Below the pieces are notes generated by a model, which searched no databases, was not told where the DNA came from, and saw only the letters and a list, made by a program, of their open reading frames with translations. Of a stretch of DNA of 51,450 nt, positions 36,054-45,631 are shown piece after piece; within the stretch, counting starts at the first letter, position 1, and each line of letters opens with the position of its first letter. A program made the position numbers and the translations under genes. The DNA comes from Methanosaeta sp. UBA114 (GTDB lineage Archaea > Halobacteriota > Methanosarcinia > Methanotrichales > Methanotrichaceae), in the NCBI GenBank assembly GCA_002506335.1, contig DAXJ01000014.1, positions 1 through 51,450 on the forward strand, written 5' to 3'.

Positions 36054-36983
36054 TTGATAAATAGTACTTCTCCCTCACAGGTGCCTGTGCCCCTCTTAGA
36101 CCCCTACGGCAGAAAAGCCACCAGTCTCAGGATTGCTTTAACCCCCAGGTGCAACCTGCGGTGCACCTACTGCCACCGCGAAGGAGAATCGGCCCCAGGG
36201 TCCGAGATCTCCAAGGAGACGGCTGTCTGCATTGCCAAAGCTGCATCAGAGCTTGGCTTCAGGTCCATAAAGTTCACCGGAGGCGATCCTCTCATGCGCT
36301 CGGACCTTGAGGAGATAATATCCGAGATGCCAGAGGGCCTTGATCTTTCCATAACCACCAATGGGATTGGCCTCGCCGATAGGGCAAAGCCCCTGAAGGA
36401 GGCGGGCTTGACCAGGGTCAATGTGAGCTTGGTCTCCCTAAACCCGGCCAAGTACAGGAGGATCACAGGCTGCAGAGATGGGGATCTGGAAGCGGTCAAA
36501 AGAGGGGTCGATGCAACTTTGGAGGCAGGTCTCTCCCCGGTCAAGCTCAACGTGGTGCTCTTGAAGGAGAACCAGGATGAGGTTTGGGATATGGTCGATT
36601 TTGCTCGCAGGAAGGGCATCATTCTCCAGCTCATAGAGCTTTTGGATCTCAAGTACTTGGGCATCTCCGGTGATATACGTGCAGTAGAAGAGTCTCTCAG
36701 GTCTAAGGCCAATAAGATCACCATCCGGGAGATGCACCGCAGGAGAAAGTACCACCTTTCGGGTGTCGAGGTAGAGGTGGTCAAGCCTATGGATAACACG
36801 GAATTCTGTGCCAACTGCACAAGACTTCGGGTAACTTCCGATGCCAGGCTTAAGCCCTGCCTTCTCAGAAACGATAACCTAGTGGATATAGGGACCTGCG
36901 ATATCCCTGCCATAAAGGATCTTATAATAAAGGCCAATTCGTTGAGGGAACCTTATTTTAAAAAGGCATCGGGGCCGCGGTGA
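36054..36983 (+). CDS. moaA: GTP 3',8-cyclase (molybdenum cofactor biosynthesis protein A)
   Basis: LRIALTPRCNLRCTYCH...KFTGGDPL...NCTRLRVTSDARLKPCL. TTG start. Confidence 0.85.
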   Translation: MINSTSPSQVPVPLLDPYGRKATSLRIALTPRCNLRCTYCHREGESAPGSEISKETAVCIAKAASELGFRSIKFTGGDPLMRSDLEEIISEMPEGLDLSITTNGIGLADRAKPLKEAGLTRVNVSLVSLNPAKYRRITGCRDGDLEAVKRGVDATLEAGLSPVKLNVVLLKENQDEVWDMVDFARRKGIILQLIELLDLKYLGISGDIRAVEESLRSKANKITIREMHRRRKYHLSGVEVEVVKPMDNTEFCANCTRLRVTSDARLKPCLLRNDNLVDIGTCDIPAIKDLIIKANSLREPYFKKASGPR

Positions 36984-37099
36984 TCTTTCAAGCTGCCTGT
37001 TTTTGGCGGCCCGAAAGGCGGCACCTGTTATGGGTAGTCCTCCCCTTCAGGGTAGGGTAGTTCACGAGTATGGGCAGATTGTGGAGATGTTCTGTAGCT

Positions 37100-37191
37100 C
37101 AGACGGTTTGAGGGCCGTTCCATGATAGGGCGGTTTTTTATCCGTCTCCGAGATCAGGCGGTTTAAAAGCCGACCCGGGATCAGGCGGTTT
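37100..37191. repeat. Four copies of cAG[GA]CGGTTT at 27-28 bp spacing
   Basis: The copies start at 37100, 37127, 37155 and 37182. The last two extend to CCGrGATCAGGCGGTTT. They lie in the convergent moaA/thiL intergenic region. Confidence 0.6.
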
Positions 37192-37202
37192 GGTCTGCGT
37201 GC

Positions 37203-38153
37203 TCACGAGGACGCGCTGGTCATTACGCTGTGCTCATATCCACTGGGCTCTATCCTCTTCATTTTGCCCCCTGTCTCCATCCATAGCCCTTCTTCAACAG
37301 CGTGGCCGAGGATGGTGAGGTCCACGGCCTTCGATGCTGCCTCTATCCTGGAGGGTTTCACTGTGAAGATCAGCTCGAAGTCTCCCCCTGCCCTCACGGC
37401 CAGCTCCAACCCCTTATCTCTTCCGAAGGCCTCCTCTATCCCCCGTGCCAGTGGAATGGCCTCCTCTTTCAGAACGAAGCCGACGCCGCTGACTTCTGAT
37501 AGATCGGACAATGATAGAGCCAGGCCATCGCTATTATCCATCATGGCGGTGACCGACCTGGATAAGGCCAGAGCCCTTCCCTCCTTTATCTTCGGCACGG
37601 GCTCCAGGAGGTTCTTGACGAAGGCCCCTTTGTCCTCTCCCATCTGAAGCTGGAGAAGACCTGCGCCCGCGGCGCCCAGGGTCCCGGTGGTGCACAAAAT
37701 GTCGCCAGGAGAGGCACCGCTTCGCATCAATATGAGGTCCTTCTCCACAAAGCCCATGGCAAAGCCCGTGAGGTTGAGCTCGTCGGTGGAGTCCATGTCC
37801 CCTCCTAAAACCCGGGTTCCAAACGCCCCTGTGCAATCGCTAAAGCCTGAGAAGATGTTGTCTATGAACGCAAGATCCGTCCCCTGGGGAATCCCTGTGG
37901 CTACGAGGACCCCCGAGGGCTCAGCTCCCATGGCAGCCACATCGCTTAAGTTGACGGCAACGGTCATCCATCCAATCTGCCAGGGGGTCATGACCTCGGG
38001 GAAATCGGACTTTCGATGAAGCATGTCGGTAGTGGCCACCAGGTACCTGTCCCCTGAGTCCAAGACGGCGCAGTCGTCGTTGACTATGCTCCCAAGTATC
38101 GTCGATATCCGCTTTATTAGATCCCTCTCGCTTATGAAAGAGCCTTGGGCCAT
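37203..38153 (-). CDS. thiL: Thiamine-monophosphate kinase (AIR-synthase-related fold)
   Basis: DDCAVLD...LVATTDML...NLSDVAAMGAEP...GGD pattern. Confidence 0.8.
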   Translation of the reverse strand: MAQGSFISERDLIKRISTILGSIVNDDCAVLDSGDRYLVATTDMLHRKSDFPEVMTPWQIGWMTVAVNLSDVAAMGAEPSGVLVATGIPQGTDLAFIDNIFSGFSDCTGAFGTRVLGGDMDSTDELNLTGFAMGFVEKDLILMRSGASPGDILCTTGTLGAAGAGLLQLQMGEDKGAFVKNLLEPVPKIKEGRALALSRSVTAMMDNSDGLALSLSDLSEVSGVGFVLKEEAIPLARGIEEAFGRDKGLELAVRAGGDFELIFTVKPSRIEAASKAVDLTILGHAVEEGLWMETGGKMKRIEPSGYEHSVMTSASS

Positions 38154-38297
38154 GGTCGTAGTATTGTCCAGGGACTATTTCATCGGATCGCTCTGAACAT
38201 CTGTAATAAAATATAAACGCGCTTGGTGGTCCTGAATGTAGTGATGTTCCTTCAGTCTTGAATAAATATATCAACCGGATAAATGGGTGGCCCCGAA

Positions 38298-39073
38298 TTT
38301 CTGTGCGGTATGGCGGTGGCGGGACCTGCCGGATCCACGGCGACGAAGGCGGCTACAGAGTCGGTCTAGGAGGTTTCTCTCCTGGAGAAGAGGCAGGAGA
38401 TTGGAAGCCTCGTCAGGTGCGGCGATGGAGTCTGCAGATGTGTGCTCAGCTCCTGATCCAGTGCGCAAAGTTGGGCTCCGATCACTGCCGCCCCCATGGG
38501 AAACGGATTTACGCCTGGAGGCTATGGCTGGTCCCTGCCCAAAGGCCCTGGCCTGGCCAATGTGGGCATCTCTGCGCCCTGGGATCGTCCTCGTCAGCAG
38601 GGTTGGCCTTTAGGTCCCCGGAAGCTTTCGCAAAGCTCCTGTCTCCTGATGGCAAAGCCCTGGAACTGGTGGTCGGATGAATTCCCATATCAAACAATGC
38701 ATCTCACTTGGTCTCGGACGGCATCCTTCTGGTGGTGGATGCCATCTGGCGGGCGGACCACATTATCTTTGCCGGGGTGATCAACGGCGTAGATGCCGGA
38801 GCCTTGGCAGGAAATGTTGCAGTTGAGTTCTTCTCCTCGGGAGATGTGAGCAGATCCGGGCTTGAGACTTACGATGGTCTATGGAGGAGATGGGAATGCA
38901 GGGGGGTTGGCTGGAACAAAAGAGTAAGAACCATCTACAATAGCCTGAATGATAGGGAGCTGAACCAGGAAATCCTCACCATTCAGAGTGAAGATACCGG
39001 CAGCCTGGAGGTGAAGTGCGCTATTAGGTCGGTCTTTCAGCACCATTCCCGCCTCCTCCTAAGGATGATATGA
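38298..39073 (+). pseudogene. Decayed geranylgeranyl-reductase-family flavoprotein
   Basis: The FAD motif frame reads VAGPAGSTATKAATESV*EVSLLEKRQEIGSLVRCGDG, with an in-frame TAG followed by frame loss. A C-terminal piece in another frame reads GILLVVDAIWRADHIIFAGVINGVDAGALAG...LETYDGLW. The total length is far shorter than an intact gene of roughly 400 aa. Confidence 0.65.
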
Positions 39074-39089
39074 GGAAGGGATCATCGTA

Positions 39090-40076
39090 ATGCTTTTAAG
39101 CTCCTGGGGTCCCAGGCTCTATATGGCTGGAGCTGGCAGGATCATCCTTCTAATAGCTCTGATTGCTTCCACTCAGGTATCGATATTTCCATCTTTGGCA
39201 AACCTATCCGTCTGTCCTGGGGGCTGCGATTACCCCACCGTTCAGGCGGCGGTGAATGTGGCGGGACCCAATGAGACCATCTGGTTCAACAGCTCCAATT
39301 GCCCCGGAGGCTTCGACCTGGACAGGAATGTGACCTTGAGGGGCCTAGACAGCGGCCGCGGAAGGCCCACCCTTGGCATGAATGGCGAGCCTATAGTCAT
39401 CTCGGCAGATGGTGTGACCATCAGGGGATTCAAGCTGGAGCAGATGGCTAATTCCACTGTCCTTCTGGCCATAAGGTCCAGGGGCAACAGGATTTACCTA
39501 AATGACATGCCTTATGGTTCCCGCATAATCTCTGCCGGCCAATGCTTCTGGAATTCCAGCCAGCCTATAAACTATCAGTACAACGGTGCAACCTACCAGA
39601 GATACATGGGCAACTTCTGGATGGATTATTCCGGCAGGGATGAAAACGGCGACGGCATAGGAGATCAGCCAATGGTGATAGACTCCCACAATAAGGATTA
39701 CTACCCTCTGATGGCGCCTGTGAGCAGCTACTCCGTGCCCGGGGAGATGAAGGAGACCGGAGGGATCATCAAGGCAAGGGTTGGAAAGCCCTTTGTCATA
39801 ACGCTGAAGTGCAGGGGTGCCTACAAGTGGTTCCTAGACTTCGATTACCACATGGTACGCCAGGACAGCCACGAAATGGAGGGGGAGGATATCGAGGTCT
39901 TCACCTTCACACCCTTGAAGGCTGGGAAGACCGAGGTGGCCGGAGTCTACAGACAGCCCTGGGGGAATATCGTAACCGATACCAAGGGTTTCAAGGTGGA
40001 TATCAGCAATGATGCTGGAATCGTCCTTACTACCAGAGAGGCCGTCAGGCTGGATAGCAGAGGCGTTGCTAAGTAA
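39090..40076 (+). CDS. Secreted protein: short NosD/right-handed beta-helix-like region fused to a chagasin (I42)-like inhibitor domain
   Basis: Signal/TM RIILLIALIASTQV. FWMDYSGRDENGDGIGDQPMVID...DYYPL is NosD/CASH-like. The C-terminal GKPFVITLK...AYKW...FTFTPLKAGKTEV is I42-like. Confidence 0.45.
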   Translation: MLLSSWGPRLYMAGAGRIILLIALIASTQVSIFPSLANLSVCPGGCDYPTVQAAVNVAGPNETIWFNSSNCPGGFDLDRNVTLRGLDSGRGRPTLGMNGEPIVISADGVTIRGFKLEQMANSTVLLAIRSRGNRIYLNDMPYGSRIISAGQCFWNSSQPINYQYNGATYQRYMGNFWMDYSGRDENGDGIGDQPMVIDSHNKDYYPLMAPVSSYSVPGEMKETGGIIKARVGKPFVITLKCRGAYKWFLDFDYHMVRQDSHEMEGEDIEVFTFTPLKAGKTEVAGVYRQPWGNIVTDTKGFKVDISNDAGIVLTTREAVRLDSRGVAK

Positions 40077-40172
40077 GGCTTATCCCTTCCTTCAATTTTC
40101 CCCCCATCTTTGAATTTTTGGATAAATGGACTAGAAATAAAGAAGATATACTCGCCCATCGTCCTGCCCACC

Positions 40173-41066
40173 ATGCGCTTCGGTATTGCTGTTTCCGACA
40201 GAGATGACTGGACCGCTAGAGCCATGCTCTCTTCCTTTCACCAGGCAGGGGTCGATGCCGTCTTCATCGATCTCTCAGACCTGACGGCGTCGGTGGGAGG
40301 TGACCTGCGCCTGGCATGCGGTGGACATGATCTCATGGACATGGATGGCCTGGTGGTCAGGGACATGGGCCGGGGCGGCACGCCCCAGGACGTGGCCTTC
40401 AGATTCGAGGTCCTAAGGTCTCTGGGGGATCTGGGCCTGCCGGTCGTGAACCCCCCCGAGGCCATAGCTGGGGCAGCCAACAAGTTCTCCACTTCATTTG
40501 CCCTCCAGAGGGTGGGGATACCGACCCCCAGGACTACCGTGACCTCCAGCTTGAAAGAGGCTCTAATGGCCCTGGAAAAGTACGAGCGTGGTGTATCCAA
40601 GCCCCTCTTCGGTTACAAGGGCAAGGGTATAGAGTTCATCACCGAGGAAGAGGGGCTGAGGGCCGTCCTGAGATTCCAGGGGATCATCTACCTCCAGGAG
40701 CTGGTGCCCATGGAGGAGCCCAGGGATATCAGGGCCTTCGTGGTCGGAGATGATCTAATGGGCGCCATATACAGGGTGGCGCAGCCCGGGCAGTGGATCA
40801 GCAACCTGGCTAGGGGAGGAAGGGCGCAGCCCTGCGCTATCACGGAGGAGCTCAGGGATCTGGCGGTCAGGGCCAGTCGGGCATTGGGGACTGTTTACAG
40901 CGGCGTGGACCTTCTGGAGACTACGGAGGGCCTGAAGGTGATAGAGGTGAACGGCACACCCTCAGGCAGGGGTATCTTCGAGGCCATGGAGGTTGATGTG
41001 ACCAGGGCTATAGCCTCAGAGGTTATAAGGCGGGTACAAGGGCAGCGCCAGCCTTCCAGGCATTAG
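40173..41066 (+). CDS. RimK-family ATP-grasp glutamate ligase (MptN/CofF-like)
   Basis: ATP-grasp pattern (KPLFGYKGKGIEFI...YLQE...GVDLLET...VIEVNGTP). The track start is 40110, but MRFGIAV at 40173 is the likelier start. Confidence 0.75.
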   Translation: MRFGIAVSDRDDWTARAMLSSFHQAGVDAVFIDLSDLTASVGGDLRLACGGHDLMDMDGLVVRDMGRGGTPQDVAFRFEVLRSLGDLGLPVVNPPEAIAGAANKFSTSFALQRVGIPTPRTTVTSSLKEALMALEKYERGVSKPLFGYKGKGIEFITEEEGLRAVLRFQGIIYLQELVPMEEPRDIRAFVVGDDLMGAIYRVAQPGQWISNLARGGRAQPCAITEELRDLAVRASRALGTVYSGVDLLETTEGLKVIEVNGTPSGRGIFEAMEVDVTRAIASEVIRRVQGQRQPSRH

Positions 41067-41153
41067 CGCAGCCGTTAACCTTACCGGAGCGTGGCCATCG
41101 GCGCAGCCCTAGCCATCACAACCGTTATCTACGTTGTAGGTCACCCGACTGCT

Positions 41154-42422
41154 ATGTTTACGATATTAACGGGCGCGCAGTTCGGGGATGAGGGCAAGGG
41201 CAAAGTCATAGATCTCCTGGCCGAGAACTATGACGTAGTGGTCAGATTTCAGGGAGGAGATAACGCGGGCCACACCGTTGTGGTCGGCGATAAAACCTAC
41301 AAGCTCCATCTGGTGCCCAGTGGGGCCATCTTAGGCGCCAGGCTCCTCATAGGGCCGGGTGTCGTGGTGAATCCCAAGGTCCTCTACGATGAGGTGAATG
41401 TCCTGAAGTCCGAGGGCATCAAGGTGGACCTAGGGATAGATGCCAAGACCAGCATCATCATGCCTTACCACATAGAGCTGGATAAGCTGCGGGAGAATGC
41501 CAGGTCCCAGAAGATCGGCACCACTAACCGTGGTATAGGTTTTGCTTACGTCGATAAGTTCTCTAGGGAGGAGATCCAGATGCAGGACTTAACGGATCCT
41601 TTGCTCCTGGAGGAGAAGCTCAAGGAAATAGCTCCGGCCAAGGAGAAGGCAATCTCCGATATGGGCGGAGATCCCTCCATAGTCAGGGATCGGGGCCTCC
41701 TAAAGGAGTACCTGGACATCGGTGAGAAGCTCAAGGATAATGTTACAGACGTCTCTCTGGAGATCAACCTGGCGTTGGAGGACGAGAGAAACGTCCTGGC
41801 CGAGGGAGCCCAGGGCGCCTTTCTGGACATCATCCATGGCACACAGAAGTTCGTGACCTCCAGCTTTACCACCGCAGGAAGCGCCTGCGCCAACCTGGGC
41901 GTGGGCCCGGTGATGGTGGACAACGTGGTGGGCGTAATCAAGGCCTACATCACCAGGGTTGGAGAAGGGCCCATGCCAACAGAGCTCAAGGATGAGATCG
42001 GTCTTAAGATGAGGGAGAAGGGCGGGGAGTATGGCACCACTACCGGCAGGGCCAGAAGGTGCGGCTGGTTTGATGCCGTCCTAGGCTTAAAGTCGGTCTT
42101 CCTCAACGGATACACCGAGATGGCCTTGACCAAGCTGGATGTTCTCACGGGACTCGATCCCATAAAAATCTGTGTCGCCTATGAGATCGGTGGCGAGACC
42201 ATCGACTATCCACCCGAGAGCACCTCCGACTTCGCCAGGTGCAAGCCCCTCTACGAAGACATGCCCGGGTGGACCGAAGACATCACCAATGCCAAGAGCT
42301 ACGATGATCTACCCGAGAACGCCAGGTCCTACGTGGAGAGGCTGGAGGACCTTCTGGGCGTGGATATCTCTGCGGTCTCAGTGGGTCCTGCCAGGGATCA
42401 GACCATCTTCAGGGAAGAGTGA
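41154..42422 (+). CDS. purA: Adenylosuccinate synthetase
   Basis: GAQFGDEGKGK...GGDNAGHTV...GTTNRGIG...TTGRARRCGW. The track start is 41091, but MFTILTG at 41154 is the likelier start. Confidence 0.9.
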   Translation: MFTILTGAQFGDEGKGKVIDLLAENYDVVVRFQGGDNAGHTVVVGDKTYKLHLVPSGAILGARLLIGPGVVVNPKVLYDEVNVLKSEGIKVDLGIDAKTSIIMPYHIELDKLRENARSQKIGTTNRGIGFAYVDKFSREEIQMQDLTDPLLLEEKLKEIAPAKEKAISDMGGDPSIVRDRGLLKEYLDIGEKLKDNVTDVSLEINLALEDERNVLAEGAQGAFLDIIHGTQKFVTSSFTTAGSACANLGVGPVMVDNVVGVIKAYITRVGEGPMPTELKDEIGLKMREKGGEYGTTTGRARRCGWFDAVLGLKSVFLNGYTEMALTKLDVLTGLDPIKICVAYEIGGETIDYPPESTSDFARCKPLYEDMPGWTEDITNAKSYDDLPENARSYVERLEDLLGVDISAVSVGPARDQTIFREE

Positions 42423-42589
42423 GACTCCCTCTGTCGGATCTTTTTTAATAAATGAGCAAGCCTCCAATTACTTACTGGATAATCGCAGTCAGTTAGAGGT
42501 GGGTTAAACTATTGAACGCCAAAACTTTGTTAGCTGTGCTATGTATTATATCAGCCATAGTACCTGCTGCCAACGATCTAACCTCTAAG

Positions 42590-43200
42590 AGAAAAACCTG
42601 ACCGTCGGCTGCTGTTGGTCAGATGTTCCTAGAATCCATGGGGCTAAATCTATAGTCCATAGACTGCATTTAGAGTTATATGAATCGGGCGCTTATGATG
42701 AACTCTTCAGTATTATTCGTTCAGTTAGCCATGGATTAAATAAATTAGATATTAGTCTTTGTAGCGTTGGTACTAAGTCAGTTCCTGCAAATCGAAAAGG
42801 GTAAAATCGCATATAATACAAATGAATTCAGGCCCTATTTTCCTACTATGGATATATTTAAAATAAAATTAGCGCATATTGAGGCCATAACACTGCCTGA
42901 GGCTGTTATTACGGACGCCGGCTTTAGTGCTAAAGAGACACGAGAATATGGTTAAGGGAAGGAAATAAGGATTGTACCCCATGTTAATGTCAGAAGTATA
43001 AAGGAAAACAAGTCTGAAGGGACGATTGCGTCCGATAAAGAGCTTTTTCAGAAGCGAAGATCAATTGAACATTTTCCAGCCATATAGATGCCTATAAATA
43101 GATTTTCCTAAGGTGTGAACAAAGAGTGGATTCGTACCTATGACTGATACAGATGACGTGTGCTCTTGTTATCTGGCAGAATGTTTTTGGGATGGCCTCC
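42590..43200 (+). mobile_element. Remnant of an IS4/IS5-type DDE transposase gene with frameshifts and stops
   Basis: ITDAGFSAKETREYG then KEIRIVPHVNVRS...FQKRRSIEHFPAI*, which resembles the YKKRWxIExxF region of IS5-like transposases. Low GC. No terminal repeats identified. Confidence 0.5.
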
Positions 43201-43343
43201 AAATGAATCTTTGGGTCAAAGCAAAGACTTAACAAAAATCTTGGACTTTTTGGATTTTCGACCGTTTTTTCCCCGACAGGATGGACTTAATGCTTGCCTA
43301 ACCTCGATGGAAAAAAGATAAATCTTATAAATTCTGTATACTG

Positions 43344-43847
43344 ATGGGAGTTTTGACTATGGATGAAATACCTACAAAAGGGCATAACTCTGAGTTGATG
43401 GCGGAGGCTGAGAGAATCGTCAAGCCCCAGTGGCCTACAGCGGTCCAGGTGGAGAACTTGGGCGTCGCATCCAAGGGTTCAGCCAATGCTGCCGATGATG
43501 TGGATCACTGGATGTTCATCTTCACCGAGATAGATGGGGACTCGGTGATCACCCTGGATTATGCTAATGGAGAATTTGGGAAGGCTCACAGGGAGGCCAG
43601 GCCATGGAAAGAGACGGCCATAAAAGAGCTTCCCAGGGGCATGAGCCTCGAGGCGGCGATAGTCTTTCTGAAGGAGGCGGGGTACCTTGGGCCGTTTCAA
43701 TCGGTGGCGCTCAAGTCTCCTCAAAACTTTGACGGCGAGGCCTCTTATGTGTTTACACTGGGCAGGGATCTGGTGTACATAAACTCAGCGACTGGCGAAG
43801 TAACCAAGACTGCAACCGCCGGCATAACCGCAGGTCAGCCTCATTAA
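43344..43847 (+). CDS. Hypothetical protein, possibly two PepSY-like halves
   Basis: 167-aa ORF with a TATA-like aaagataaatcttataaa upstream. Weak internal duplication. The family call is tentative. Confidence 0.4.
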   Translation: MGVLTMDEIPTKGHNSELMAEAERIVKPQWPTAVQVENLGVASKGSANAADDVDHWMFIFTEIDGDSVITLDYANGEFGKAHREARPWKETAIKELPRGMSLEAAIVFLKEAGYLGPFQSVALKSPQNFDGEASYVFTLGRDLVYINSATGEVTKTATAGITAGQPH

Positions 43848-43892
43848 TCCTTTTTCTTTGGCGAAGGCCGCTCATCTATTAGAATCCTTACG

Positions 43893-44429
43893 CTATAGAA
43901 TCGATGCTCCTAGCCTATAAGACTTCTCCATCTCCTCCTTATTCCCTGCCACCTCACCACGCTCGTAAGCTATAGCCAGTAGGCTTCCCAGGAAGTCCAT
44001 TCCTAGATACTCAAAGGACATGCGGAAGATCTGGACCAAGGGGCTGCAGCAACCTGGCCCTTCTTCGGAGGGTGTCACTACAAGCCCTCTCCTGCCCTTG
44101 AGCTTCCCGCTGGCAATGAAGGGACGAAGCCTGTCTATGAGGAGCTTCATCTTTCCAGTAGGGCCGTACCAGTAGATGGGGGTTCCAAAGACGATGATAT
44201 CTGAGGCGTCGATCTTGGAATAGAGTCCCTTCATGCCGTCGTCCATGGGGCAGGTGTAATTGCCTTTCTTGCAGGCCCTGCAGTCCAGACAGGGCTTTAT
44301 CTCCAGGTCGTAGAGGTAGACCTTCTCCCAGGTGTGTCCTTTGGTCTCAGCGCCTCTCAAAACCTCGTCCACCAGGATGTCGGTGTTGGATCTCTTCCTG
44401 GGGCTGCCGATCAAGGCCAGAATCTTCAA
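43893..44429 (-). CDS. Iron-sulfur flavoprotein (NADPH-dependent FMN reductase fold)
   Basis: MKILALIGSPRKRSNT and the compact Cys motif CLDCRACKKGNYTC. The TTG start overlaps the upstream stop (TTGA). Confidence 0.7.
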   Translation of the reverse strand: MKILALIGSPRKRSNTDILVDEVLRGAETKGHTWEKVYLYDLEIKPCLDCRACKKGNYTCPMDDGMKGLYSKIDASDIIVFGTPIYWYGPTGKMKLLIDRLRPFIASGKLKGRRGLVVTPSEEGPGCCSPLVQIFRMSFEYLGMDFLGSLLAIAYERGEVAGNKEEMEKSYRLGASIL

Positions 44430-45031
44430 GCACCATCGCTCCTGGGGAAGCGTTTTCCCACAATGCTTTTAACGTCTCTCAGCCAGGATTCTCTTTCCTC
44501 AAGGGTGCTGGTACCTACCACCGAATAAGTTTTCCTATAGAAATCATCGATGCCACAGAGGCCGAAGATGCAGTATCTCCATATGCTCTCCAGGGGATCT
44601 TTGAAGACCCGGGCCTCCCTCTCGGGCTTGGTATTGCCTGTGTTGAAGACCAAGGCTTTTCGTGCCTTAAGAAGTCCCCTCGGCACGCCTTCGCCGCTAT
44701 CACCTTCCAGGAACTCGTAGGCTACCCCTGCTCTGAGAACCCTGTCGATCCAGCCTTTGAGCACAGCCGGTGGCTGGCCCCACCAGTTGGGATGGACTAT
44801 GATGATGCCCTCGGCGTTGGCTATCTCGAGGCAGTGGATAGCGATTGCCACATCCATGGTTCCATCCCTGGATATCTCTTCTTTTGGGATTATAGGATCG
44901 AAGCCCTCTAAGTAAAGATCGTGGAAGGAGACGAGGTGGCCGTTCTCCTTCAGGGCTCCGACTGCAGCTATGGCTATGGCGTGGTTTAAGCTGCCCGTAT
45001 CTGGGTGGGCCAGGATGACAGAGACCTTCAT
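44426..45031 (-). CDS. Flavodoxin-like fold NAD(P)H dehydrogenase (quinone)
   Basis: MKVSVILAHPDTGSLNHAIA...IIIVHPNWWGQPPAVLKGWIDRV. Confidence 0.75.
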   Translation of the reverse strand: MKVSVILAHPDTGSLNHAIAIAAVGALKENGHLVSFHDLYLEGFDPIIPKEEISRDGTMDVAIAIHCLEIANAEGIIIVHPNWWGQPPAVLKGWIDRVLRAGVAYEFLEGDSGEGVPRGLLKARKALVFNTGNTKPEREARVFKDPLESIWRYCIFGLCGIDDFYRKTYSVVGTSTLEERESWLRDVKSIVGKRFPRSDGA

Positions 45032-45181
45032 GTTATCCTGCAAATGCCTCTTTGTGTAAAATGATTATGGCCCTGACCCTAATATAGAGATAGAAAAGGT
45101 GATATATCATCAATTTTAAAGAATGGTGAATCTGCGCAATCTTTCTCATTAATCATTCCTAATTAAGGCTTATGGAGAGAT

Positions 45182-45525
45182 ATGAAGAATCCTAGGCCTA
45201 TTTCGGCCTCATTAATGCTGATCATGGCACTGGCCGTTTCGGCCTTGGGTCAGACAAATATTAGACCGACGCGCGCGGTTGGTTTTATCCGGTCGTGTCT
45301 TTCTTTAGCCAGGGCAAGTACGAGGTGTCCAACCTGGATTACGATGAATGCCTCAAGATCGATCCCCTGAATGCCGAGGCCTGGTATAATATGGGTGTGA
45401 CCTGCGACCTTTAGAGAAACTACGTGGCGGATGTAGCTGTTTATAACACGGCTACCAAGATCAACCCGAGCTATCAAAAGTCTCTGATCAATAAGAATGC
45501 CGATATCGATAGGCTCGATTACTAA
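45182..45525 (+). pseudogene. Truncated, frameshifted paralogue of the 2114-2620 TPR protein
   Basis: A signal-like MKNPRPISASLMLIMALAVSALGQ is followed by a frame change. The TPR part reads AEAWYNMGVTCDL*RNYVADVAVYNTATKINPSYQKSL, with an in-frame TAG where the intact paralogue has Gln. Confidence 0.55.
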
Positions 45526-45631
45526 GATCCCGATTTTAGCAGGGGATAAATCTGAAAGAGCTAGATTAACTAATTAAATAACTAAACAGCTAAATACCGC
45601 TTGGATTCCCCAGGACCTTTCTTTTCTGGGA

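Noticed and set aside
37093-37125. A tRNA-like tgtagctcag D-arm motif in the moaA/thiL spacer.
   Set aside because: I could not draw an acceptor stem, an anticodon arm or a GTTCRAATC T-loop. The motif is part of the periodic GGCGGTTT repeat.
37100-37191. A mini CRISPR array.
   Set aside because: The conserved unit is only 10-17 nt, there are only four copies, the unit period is 27-28 nt in total, and no cas genes or leader are present.
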